NCBI GenBank assembly: GCA_035280265.1
Contig: DATEGE010000147.1
Location: forward strand, 7,135 to 71,134
DNA length: 64,000 nucleotides
Source: Gemmatimonadales bacterium
Lineage (GTDB): Bacteria > Gemmatimonadota > Gemmatimonadetes > Gemmatimonadales > GWC2-71-9
Direction: 5' to 3'
Under the pieces are notes generated by a model that saw only the letters and a program-made list of their open reading frames with translations, made no database searches and was not told where the DNA came from. How positions within the stretch are numbered: the stretch's first letter is position 1; the number at the start of each line of letters is the position of its first letter. This document shows positions 54,795-62,915 of this stretch, piece by piece. The translations under genes were made by a program, and so were the position numbers.

Positions 54795-57272
54795 ATGTTT
54801 CAGATGCCCCCAGCTTGCCAGGGTTCCATGGTTCACGGCTCGTGCTGCTCCTCGCGTATCGTCGCGTTTCTCCTTTCGACAACAACGCCAGTCGCCGCCG
54901 GGCAGCGATCGGACACGACCAACGCGGCCGCCGCGGCGCAGCTCGGGCGCGTCGCTGCCGAGCACTATGAGCCCGTCTTCGATGAGCTGCGCAAGATGGC
55001 GCTCAGTGGCGACTCCATCGCGCCCGTACACAACCTGACGCTACGACGCGACGCCATCGAATTCCACCTCGAAGACGGCAACCTATTCGTCGGGACTCCC
55101 GTCGCGGGGCGCACTATCGCGGCCGTTTTTGTGGGCCAGGGCTCCGTCTCGTTCGCGGCCCCGCTCGCCATTGAGCGAAAGGAGCTGCGGCGCCTGCTGG
55201 GCGACTCGACCGTCAACGCGCGGATCTCGGCCGTCGCCTTCGTGTTCACCGATTCCACGCTCAGCGAGCTCCGGCGGCAGCTGACCTTCGGGCCACGTCC
55301 CTCTGGAGCGGCAAGCCCGGGCCTCCTGGGCAACGCCATCGACCGATTCGTGGTCAACAATCGTTGGGTGTCGGAGCCGACCCTCATGGCGGCGCTGCTG
55401 AACGGCGAGACCAACGGATACTTCTACGCCCGCGTGAAGCGGGAGCACGGGGAGGATCTGACGCTGATCGTCGATCCGGTGGAGGCCGAGGCGATCGAGC
55501 TGCTGCGCGACGGTCGTGAGGGTGAGAAAGTGCAGCTCGTCTCCGAGTTCGGCAGCGCGCAGGACCTGGCGGATAGTACGGCTCGGGCCCGCGATCGGGC
55601 GCCGTTCGAGCTGGGCTCCTACCAGATCGACGCGACGATCGCCAAGGGTCTGGACTTCTCCGCGACTGCTGCCGTACGGCTCACCGCGCGGCGCGACGGC
55701 GTGCGCTGGATCCGCCTCGTCTTGCTTTCCGATCTGCGAGTCGACTCGTTGCGCGACGAGGGCTCAGCGGCGACGACGTTCTTCCGGGGCAACAAGAACC
55801 CGGAGTTGTGGGTCCGGTTCGACCCGGCGCTGCGACGTGGGGAGACACGCGCCGTTCGAGTCGTCTACCACGGCGACCTGATCGGGTACACCTCGGTCAC
55901 CGACGAGATGAGCCGCTGGCTCCCCATCATGGAGCGGTCGAAGCTCCCAGGGGCGCATGACAAATGGCTGTACGTCAAGTCGTCGTACGCGTGGTTTCCC
56001 CGCTACGGCGACCAGGCCGCGAACGTCGATCTGACCTTCCACGCCCCCAAGCGCTATCGCGTCGCGAGTATCGGGCAGCTCGTCGAGTCGCATCTCGATG
56101 GCGACGTCATGACGACCCGGTGGACCACCGTGCGACCCGCTAATCAGGTATGCTTCAGCCTGGGCGAGTTGGAAGAGTTCAAGATCAACGATCCACGCAT
56201 CCCGCCGGTGACCCTGCACACCAACAGCGACGCTCATCGTCAGCTGAACACGTTCTTCCTGGGCATGCAGTCACTCCTATCAGAGTACGGCTTTAACGAC
56301 CTTTCCTTCACGAAGCTGTTGTCGTCACGCGCGCCGGAGCAGGAGGTGGGCGCCGATGTCGCGAACAGCCTGGCGTTCTTCACGCGGGTCTACGGCCCAC
56401 CGTTGTTCGACCGCTACTATGCCGCCGAGATCCCGTTCTCGTATGGGCAGGCGTTCCCGGGGCTGATCTATCTGCCCGTGTGGACGTTTCAGACCCCCGC
56501 CGACAGTGGCTACGACGAGATCCTCCGGGCTCATGAGATGGCCCACCAGTGGTGGGGCATCGGTGTCGAGCCCGCCGGGTACCGGGATCACTGGCTGTCA
56601 GAAGGCTTCGCCGAGTTCTCGGGCTGGTGGTACATGCAGATCATCCTCCGGGACAACAAGAAGTTTTTCAAGCATCTCGACCACTGGCGCCGCGAGATCC
56701 GTTCCCGCCGCCGCGACGCGCCGCCGATCGGCATCGGCACGCGCGCCGCAGACCTGAACGAGCGCGATTATCGACTCATGACCTACTTCAAGGGGGCGTG
56801 GATCCTTCAGATGCTCCGGAATCTGATGCTCGATTTCCGCACCATGAATGAGGACGTGTTCGCGGCCATGATGGCGGACTTCTATCAGCAGTACCGGGGG
56901 AAGCACGCGACCACGCGGGACTTCCAGCGCGTCGTGGAGCGTCACCTCGACGCGCCGATGGACTGGTTCTTCGAACAGTGGGTCAACGGCACCGCGATAC
57001 CGACCTACATCTACTCCTGGCACGCCGACTCCACCGCGGACCACAAATTCGTGGTCCGCCTCCGGGTCCGCCAGGAAGACGTGCCCGACGACTTCATGAT
57101 GCTCGTTCCGGTACGCTTCGAACTCGCGGGCGGCGGACACGCCTTCGTGAGGGTGAGTGTGCACGGGCCACGCGCAGAGTTCCAATTCCGTCTCCCGGCG
57201 GAGCCGACGGAGGTGGAGCTCAATCCCCTCCAGTCGGTATTGGCAGAGGTAAAGACAGAAGATTGGGAGTGA
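54795..57272 (+). CDS. secreted M1 family metallopeptidase (aminopeptidase N-like)
   Basis: It carries HEMAHQWWG plus WLSEGFAEF (HExxH-x18-E). The signal-like region is MVHGSCCSSRIVAFLLSTTTPVAA, so the start is possibly ATG 54828. Confidence 0.85.
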   Translation: MFQMPPACQGSMVHGSCCSSRIVAFLLSTTTPVAAGQRSDTTNAAAAAQLGRVAAEHYEPVFDELRKMALSGDSIAPVHNLTLRRDAIEFHLEDGNLFVGTPVAGRTIAAVFVGQGSVSFAAPLAIERKELRRLLGDSTVNARISAVAFVFTDSTLSELRRQLTFGPRPSGAASPGLLGNAIDRFVVNNRWVSEPTLMAALLNGETNGYFYARVKREHGEDLTLIVDPVEAEAIELLRDGREGEKVQLVSEFGSAQDLADSTARARDRAPFELGSYQIDATIAKGLDFSATAAVRLTARRDGVRWIRLVLLSDLRVDSLRDEGSAATTFFRGNKNPELWVRFDPALRRGETRAVRVVYHGDLIGYTSVTDEMSRWLPIMERSKLPGAHDKWLYVKSSYAWFPRYGDQAANVDLTFHAPKRYRVASIGQLVESHLDGDVMTTRWTTVRPANQVCFSLGELEEFKINDPRIPPVTLHTNSDAHRQLNTFFLGMQSLLSEYGFNDLSFTKLLSSRAPEQEVGADVANSLAFFTRVYGPPLFDRYYAAEIPFSYGQAFPGLIYLPVWTFQTPADSGYDEILRAHEMAHQWWGIGVEPAGYRDHWLSEGFAEFSGWWYMQIILRDNKKFFKHLDHWRREIRSRRRDAPPIGIGTRAADLNERDYRLMTYFKGAWILQMLRNLMLDFRTMNEDVFAAMMADFYQQYRGKHATTRDFQRVVERHLDAPMDWFFEQWVNGTAIPTYIYSWHADSTADHKFVVRLRVRQEDVPDDFMMLVPVRFELAGGGHAFVRVSVHGPRAEFQFRLPAEPTEVELNPLQSVLAEVKTEDWE

Positions 57273-57282
57273 GCCCCAGCGC

Positions 57283-57969
57283 CTACGGCTCGGCGAGGAG
57301 CCCCGTCCGTAACGCGAACCGCACCAACTCCGGTCTGCCCGTGAAGCCCAGCCTTTCCTTTAACCGCACACGGTAGGCATCGACCGTCTTCGGACTGACG
57401 TCTAGCTCCCGGGCGATTTCTTTCGAAGTGTGCCCCAGCGCGAGCAGCGCCAACATCTGGCGCTCGCGCCCGCTCAACTGATCGGCCACGGCCTTCTCGT
57501 CCTCCGTCTGCCCCGACTTGCGGTACCGCTGCAGCACGACGACCCGCGCTGCGTCCTCGTCGAGGAACAATCGATCGTTCGCCACGGTCCGGATGGCGCG
57601 CGTCAGCTCCTCCACCGGAGCCGTCTTGCGCACGAAGCCACTCGCCCCGGCCTCGAGCGAGTCGCACACCTGCTGCTCCTCCGGTAGCGCGGTGAGCACG
57701 AGCACGCGGATGCCGAGGCCCAACGCGACGATGCTTTGCGTCGCCACGAGCCCGCCGTTTCCGGGCATGGCGAGATCCATCAGTACGACGCGCGGCCCCG
57801 GCGTCCGCGCCAGCGAGACGGCGTCCCTCCCCGTCCCCGCCTCACCCACGACAACGAGATCCCGCTCCTTTTCCAGCAGGGCGCGCAGGCCGGAGCGCAG
57901 CACGACATGATCGTCGACCAAGAGGAGGCGAATCGGTTGCGGATCGGGAACGGAGCTGACGGTGGCCAT
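57283..57969 (-). CDS. NarL/FixJ-type response regulator (REC + LuxR HTH)
   Basis: The start is MATVSSVPDPQPIRLLLVDDH. Further motifs are VLMDLAMPG and LSGRERQMLALLALGHTSKEIARELDVSPKTVDAYR. Confidence 0.9.
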   Translation of the reverse strand: MATVSSVPDPQPIRLLLVDDHVVLRSGLRALLEKERDLVVVGEAGTGRDAVSLARTPGPRVVLMDLAMPGNGGLVATQSIVALGLGIRVLVLTALPEEQQVCDSLEAGASGFVRKTAPVEELTRAIRTVANDRLFLDEDAARVVVLQRYRKSGQTEDEKAVADQLSGRERQMLALLALGHTSKEIARELDVSPKTVDAYRVRLKERLGFTGRPELVRFALRTGLLAEP

Positions 57970-58072
57970 CGAGACCTTTGACTGCCACACGCTGCAACGA
58001 TGATACCAGGAAGCCACCCTGCGCGAGGCGTTGCGCGGGCGCTACGGAAAGAGGACGCAGGTACGTTTAGCC

Positions 58073-59056
58073 ATGCGCGCGATGCTGCTTGACGCTCCCC
58101 GCCGACCCCTGCGTCGCGCCGCGGTCCCTCCGCCCGAGCCTGGGGCCGGGCAAGTGCTGCTAGCCGTGCGCGCGTGCGGCGTGTGCCGCACCGATCTGCA
58201 CGTCGCCGATGGAGAGCTGCCCGACGCCAAGCTGCCGCTGGTGCTCGGCCACGAGATCGTGGGTACCATCGCCGCAACGGGAGCACGAGTCGATCGCTTC
58301 ACCGCGGGCGACCGGGTCGGCGTCCCGTGGCTGGGCTGGACCTGTGGTGAGTGCCGCTACTGCCGTAGCGGTCGCGAGAATCTGTGCGATCGGGCGCGCT
58401 TCACCGGCTATCAGATCGACGGTGGTTACGCCGAGTATGCCGTCGCGGACGCGCGATTCTGCCTTCCCATCCCCGCTGGCTACAGCGATCGGGAAGCGGC
58501 CCCGCTGTTGTGCGCCGGGCTAATCGGGTACCGCTCACTGGTGGCCGCGGGGGACGCGGAGCGGCTCGGCCTGTACGGATTCGGCGCGGCGGCCCATATC
58601 GTCGCACAGCTGGCGCGCCATCAGGGACGGCGCGTCTTCGCGTTCACGCGCGCGCAGGACACCGCGGCACAAACATTCGCCCGTGAGCTCGGCGCCGTAT
58701 GGGCGGGGGCGTCGGACGCCCCGCCGCCGGAGCCCCTCGATGCGGCGATCGTCTTCGCGCCCGTCGGCTCACTCGTGCCGACGGCGCTGTCCGCCGTCAC
58801 CAAAGGCGGCACCGTCGTGTGCGCCGGGATCCATATGAGCGACGTCCCGTCCTTTCCCTACTCCAGCCTCTGGGGCGAGCGCGTGATCCGATCGGTGGCG
58901 AACCTGACGCGACGGGACGGCGAGGAATTCCTCGCCCTCGCGCCCAGGGTCCCCGTGCGGACGGAGGTTCAGCCGTACCCGCTGGAGCGCGCCGACGCGG
59001 CGCTGGAGGACCTGAGGGCGGGACGTGTCAGGGGAGCAGCGGTGCTGTACCTCTAA
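58073..59056 (+). CDS. zinc-dependent alcohol dehydrogenase
   Basis: The start is MRAMLLD. Motifs are CGVCRTDLH, GHEIVG and CGECRYCRSGRENLC (structural Zn). Confidence 0.85.
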   Translation: MRAMLLDAPRRPLRRAAVPPPEPGAGQVLLAVRACGVCRTDLHVADGELPDAKLPLVLGHEIVGTIAATGARVDRFTAGDRVGVPWLGWTCGECRYCRSGRENLCDRARFTGYQIDGGYAEYAVADARFCLPIPAGYSDREAAPLLCAGLIGYRSLVAAGDAERLGLYGFGAAAHIVAQLARHQGRRVFAFTRAQDTAAQTFARELGAVWAGASDAPPPEPLDAAIVFAPVGSLVPTALSAVTKGGTVVCAGIHMSDVPSFPYSSLWGERVIRSVANLTRRDGEEFLALAPRVPVRTEVQPYPLERADAALEDLRAGRVRGAAVLYL

Positions 59057-59065
59057 CACGCGTAA

Positions 59066-59137
59066 CGCGGAACAGATGGAACAAGCGTCGAACGCAGAGG
59101 GAACCATCGCCTCTCGACCTTGGCCGCCTGTTCCGCG
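59066..59137. repeat. second GCGGAAC-family hairpin (convergent gene ends)
   Basis: CGCGGAACAG (59066-75) faces CTGTTCCGCG (59128-37). These are identical to the loop-proximal 10 bp of the element at 47107-47204. Extra GGAAC / GTTCC copies lie in the flanks (59050-59160). Confidence 0.65.
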
Positions 59138-59163
59138 CTCCACGTTCCGGGTTCCGCGTTGTC

Positions 59164-60174
59164 TTACGGCAGCTGCCACACCTCCACGCGGTTGCCCGTC
59201 AGGATCGGGACAAGCACCCGCTTTCGCTTCGCGTCGTAACCGATGTCGGCGGGACTCGGCACGCCGCTGATGAGTTTCACTTCCTGACCCGTCTCGTAAG
59301 CGGAGACCGTGGAGTCGTTCCAGCTCGACACCAGAATCCGACTCCCGACCACCTCGACGCCGTCGAACGCGCCCGCGCCCTTGGCGATGACCGTCGGCGC
59401 CTTGTCGCCCGGCTTCCACGCGAGCACGGAGCGACCTCCGAACGACACCACGATGAACCGCTTGCCGGCGACGTCCACCGCGATGCCGTTGGGCCGGCCC
59501 AGCGTGTCGCCTCGTACGGCGACCGTCACCTGACGGTCCGGTCCGATACGAAAGATGCGGTCGGGGCCGGGGTGCAGCACGTTGCCCACGTCATCGAACC
59601 GAATGCCGGTGTCGGTGATATAGAGCGCTCCCGTCGGCGCCACCACGAGGTCGTTCAAGAACACCGCCCCCAGCTTGGCCAGGCTCACGCTGTCGATCGG
59701 CACGCCGGTCCGCGCGTTGAAGGCGCGCACCACGTCGATGTCCGCGACCCACAGCGTGTCGCCCGCCAGCGCAAGTCCCTTCGGCCCGTTGAGCGTCACG
59801 CCGTTATGACCGCCCTCGATGAACTTGAGGTTCTCGACGGCGCCATCCGGCTTGACCCGGCTGATGAACCCGTTGTTGTCCTTCGCCGTCGGGCTGCCGT
59901 TGATATTCGACACGAAGTAGATGTCCTGCGCCGAGTCGTGCAACACGGACTCGGGCGACAGGAATCCCTCGACGGTCAGGAGCTTCGTTGCAGTCGGAGC
60001 AGGGGTTGGTGGCGCGGTGGCGGGGGCCGGCGCGGGAGCTGTCGGTGAGACGGACGCCTGCGAGTCGGTGCGCGCCGCGGTCGCGGTCGTGTCCGAGCCG
60101 CCTGCCGTTTTGGGCACGCGCTGGCAGGCCGCGCTCAGTGCCGCCGCGGCGACGCACAGCGATCGCAGGTTCAT
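59164..60174 (-). CDS. lipoprotein with a beta-propeller (SMP-30/NHL-like) domain
   Basis: It has the lipobox AALSAAC and a Thr/Ala/Pro-rich linker. Repeated ...G.L(Y/W)(I/V)(T/A)D... blades follow (LWVADID, LYITDTG, ILVSSWN). Confidence 0.55.
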   Translation of the reverse strand: MNLRSLCVAAAALSAACQRVPKTAGGSDTTATAARTDSQASVSPTAPAPAPATAPPTPAPTATKLLTVEGFLSPESVLHDSAQDIYFVSNINGSPTAKDNNGFISRVKPDGAVENLKFIEGGHNGVTLNGPKGLALAGDTLWVADIDVVRAFNARTGVPIDSVSLAKLGAVFLNDLVVAPTGALYITDTGIRFDDVGNVLHPGPDRIFRIGPDRQVTVAVRGDTLGRPNGIAVDVAGKRFIVVSFGGRSVLAWKPGDKAPTVIAKGAGAFDGVEVVGSRILVSSWNDSTVSAYETGQEVKLISGVPSPADIGYDAKRKRVLVPILTGNRVEVWQLP

Positions 60175-60177
60175 AGG

Positions 60178-62274
60178 CTAAGCCTTCGCCTCCGCAAGTT
60201 CCTTCTTTCGCACGTCGGCGACCTTCTGGGCCGCGTCGGGCGGCACCTCCTGATACACGTGAAACCGCGAACGGTACGTCCCGCGCCCGTGCGTGAGCGA
60301 GTGCAGCGTCGTGGCGTAGCGGTCCAGCTCCGCCTCCGGGACCAGCGCCTTGATCTTGACCTGCCGCGCGTCGGGCTCCGTGCCGAGGATGTGCCCGCGG
60401 CGCGACGACAGATCCCCCATGACCGCGCCCTGGTACTCGTCCGGCGTCCACACCTCGAGCTCGAGAATCGGCTCGAGCAGCACCGGACGGCAGTTGGGAC
60501 TCACGTTCCGGAACGCCAGGATGCCCGCCATCTTGAACGACATCTCGTTCGAGTCGACATCGTGGTAGGAGCCGTCGTACAGCTCCACCTTGAAATCGAC
60601 GACCGGATACCCCGCGACCGGACCGCGCGCCGCGGCTTCCTGGATGCCGCGCTCCACGGCGGGGATGTATTGCCGGGGAATCACCCCGCCCACGATTTCG
60701 TCGACGAACTGGAATCCCGAGCCGCGCTGCAGCGGCGAGATGCGGATCCAGCAGTCGCCGTACTGACCGCGGCCTCCCGTCTGCTTCTTGTGCTTCCCCT
60801 GCCCCTCCGCCCGGCCCTTGAACGTCTCCCGGTAGGCGATCTTCGGCTTGCCGATCACGGCGTGCACGCCGAACTTGCGCGCCAGCCGGCCCACGATGAT
60901 CTCGAGGTGCCGTTCCCCCAGGCCGCGGATCAGCGTCTGCCCGAGCTCGCCGCTGTACTCGTGCTGGAACGTAGGATCCTCGTCGTGCAGCTTGTGCAGT
61001 CCGTTCGAGAGCTTCTCTTCCTCGCCACGTTGCTTGACTTCGATCGCCTCGGTGATCACCGGCTCCGGGAACGGAATCTTGGGGAGCACGATCGCGTGAT
61101 CCTTGGTCGAGAGCGTGTCGTTGGTGTGGGTGTCACGCAGCTTGGCCACCACGCCGATGTCTCCCGCGTGCAGCTCGGGAATCTCGAACCGATCCTTTCC
61201 CACCGTGACGCACAGGTGGTTGAGCTTCTCGACGGCCTCGCGTGGGGCGTTGTACACGTCCTGCCCGTTCTTCACCACCCCCGAGTACGTGCGGAAGTAG
61301 GTCACGTCGCCCACGTGCGGCTCGGAGATCGTCTTGAACACTTGCGCCACGAACGGCCCGGCATCGTCCACCTTCAGCGTCACGCGCTCGGCGCTGCCCC
61401 ACCGCTGCGCCGCGACGGGAGGCCGCTCGTGCGGCGCCGGGACGAGCTCCACCAGCTTGGAGAGCAGCGCCCGCATCCCGTAGGTCAGCTCGGCGGCGCC
61501 GCAGAACAGCGGAAACAGCTCACCCTTCGCCATGCCGGCCTTCATCGCGGCGATCGCTTCGTCGCGCGTGATCTCCTCGCCCCCCAGGTAACGCTCCAGC
61601 AGCGTGTCGTCCGTTTCGGCGATGCGCTCGATCAATTCCTTCGAATACCGCTCGAACCGCTCCCGATACTCATCCGGCACGTCGACTTCGTCGTATTCCC
61701 CCGCCTTCGTCCCCTTCTTGTACATATGGCATTTCTTCGAGAACAGATTGATGATCCCGTGGAACTCGGGTCCCTCCCCCACGGGGATCTCCACCGGGAT
61801 CACCTTCGGCGTAAGCCGCTCTTTGATCTGGCCGTACACCTTTTCGAAGTTCGCGTGCTCCTTGTCCATCAGCGACACGAAGAACAACCGCGCTATCCCC
61901 CGCTCGCCGGCGTAGTCCCACACCTTCTCCGTCCCGACCTCCACGCCGCCCGTCGCCGAGACCACGATCACCGCGCCGTCCACCGCGTACACGCCCGCCA
62001 GCGCCTCACCGGTGAAGTCGAGGTAGCCGGGCGTGTCGATCAGGTTGACCTTCGTGTCCATCCACTCGGCGACCGCGAGGGCGAGGTTGATCGAATACTT
62101 CCGTTCGATTTCGTCGGGGGTGTAGTCGGTGAGGGCGGTGCCGTCCTTCACGGACCCATGGCGCTTGCTGGTGCCGGCCACGAACGCGAGGGCGTCGACG
62201 AGAGACGTCTTACCACTCGCGCCGTGGCCGACGACCGCCACGTTGCGGATCTCCGGTGTCTTGTACACGCGCAT
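60178..62274 (-). CDS. elongation factor G paralogue (EF-G2-like)
   Basis: 698 aa. The G1 motif is VVGHGASGKTSL (Thermus EF-G-2 has GHAGSGKTTL; canonical EF-G has AHIDAGKT). Other motifs are DTPGYLDF and NLMDK-like SLMDKE. It is not in a str operon context. Confidence 0.8.
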   Translation of the reverse strand: MRVYKTPEIRNVAVVGHGASGKTSLVDALAFVAGTSKRHGSVKDGTALTDYTPDEIERKYSINLALAVAEWMDTKVNLIDTPGYLDFTGEALAGVYAVDGAVIVVSATGGVEVGTEKVWDYAGERGIARLFFVSLMDKEHANFEKVYGQIKERLTPKVIPVEIPVGEGPEFHGIINLFSKKCHMYKKGTKAGEYDEVDVPDEYRERFERYSKELIERIAETDDTLLERYLGGEEITRDEAIAAMKAGMAKGELFPLFCGAAELTYGMRALLSKLVELVPAPHERPPVAAQRWGSAERVTLKVDDAGPFVAQVFKTISEPHVGDVTYFRTYSGVVKNGQDVYNAPREAVEKLNHLCVTVGKDRFEIPELHAGDIGVVAKLRDTHTNDTLSTKDHAIVLPKIPFPEPVITEAIEVKQRGEEEKLSNGLHKLHDEDPTFQHEYSGELGQTLIRGLGERHLEIIVGRLARKFGVHAVIGKPKIAYRETFKGRAEGQGKHKKQTGGRGQYGDCWIRISPLQRGSGFQFVDEIVGGVIPRQYIPAVERGIQEAAARGPVAGYPVVDFKVELYDGSYHDVDSNEMSFKMAGILAFRNVSPNCRPVLLEPILELEVWTPDEYQGAVMGDLSSRRGHILGTEPDARQVKIKALVPEAELDRYATTLHSLTHGRGTYRSRFHVYQEVPPDAAQKVADVRKKELAEAKA

Positions 62275-62462
62275 AGGCGCAGCGAACTCCGGCAGGGGTC
62301 ATGGGAATATGGACCGGGAAAAAGCGCGGCGCGAGCGGCGGCGATGCAGGCGTTGCGCCCAAGTGCCGGCAGCGTCGCCACCTGACGGTGTGAGCCGGAT
62401 CACGCTGTTAACGTCCGGGCCGGTCGTAGGGTCTTATCCGCGAACCTCAACCGGGACCACAT

Positions 62463-62855
62463 ATGCGACGTCACTTCGCGCTTGTCACTTTGCTCACCCT
62501 CGCCGCGGCCGCCCCCGCGCTGCTCTCGGCCCAGGATTCGGGCGCCGTGAAGCAGGATCGTAAGGAAGTGCGTCACGACCGGCGCGAGCTGCGTGGCGAC
62601 CGGCGGGACATCCGTCACGACACCAAAGACATTCGCTCGGACCGGCGCGACATCCGGCAGGACCGGCAGGACATCCGGCAGGATGTGAAACAGGGCGACC
62701 TCAAGGACGCCCGTCACGACCGCCGCGACCTGCGCAGTGATCGACGCGACCTCCGGCAGGATAGGCGCGATCGTCGTCACGACGTCCGCGACGCCCGGCA
62801 GGACCGGAAGGACCTGCACCAGGATAAACAAGAAGCAAAAGACAGCACGAAGTAG
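62463..62855 (+). CDS. secreted highly charged heptad-repeat protein (DRRDIRx)n
   Basis: The signal peptide is MRRHFALVTLLTLAAAAPALLSAQ. About 12 heptads follow: DRKEVRH DRRELRG DRRDIRH DTKDIRS DRRDIRQ DRQDIRQ ... DRRDLRS DRRDLRQ DRRDRRH DVRDARQ DRKDLHQ. The DNA shows 21-nt periodicity. Confidence 0.65.
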   Translation: MRRHFALVTLLTLAAAAPALLSAQDSGAVKQDRKEVRHDRRELRGDRRDIRHDTKDIRSDRRDIRQDRQDIRQDVKQGDLKDARHDRRDLRSDRRDLRQDRRDRRHDVRDARQDRKDLHQDKQEAKDSTK

Positions 62856-62866
62856 GACAAACACTT

Positions 62867-62915
62867 CTAGACGCACAGACGCGCAGCGCTTTCCGCTGTG
62901 CGTCAGTGCGTCTAG
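62867..62915. terminator. long hairpin between convergent genes, with arms containing an AGACGCRC tandem
   Basis: The structure is CTAGACGCAC-A-GACGCGCAGCG-ctttc-CGCTGTGCGTC-A-GTGCGTCTAG. It overlaps the MFS stop codon (62912-14). Confidence 0.7.
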
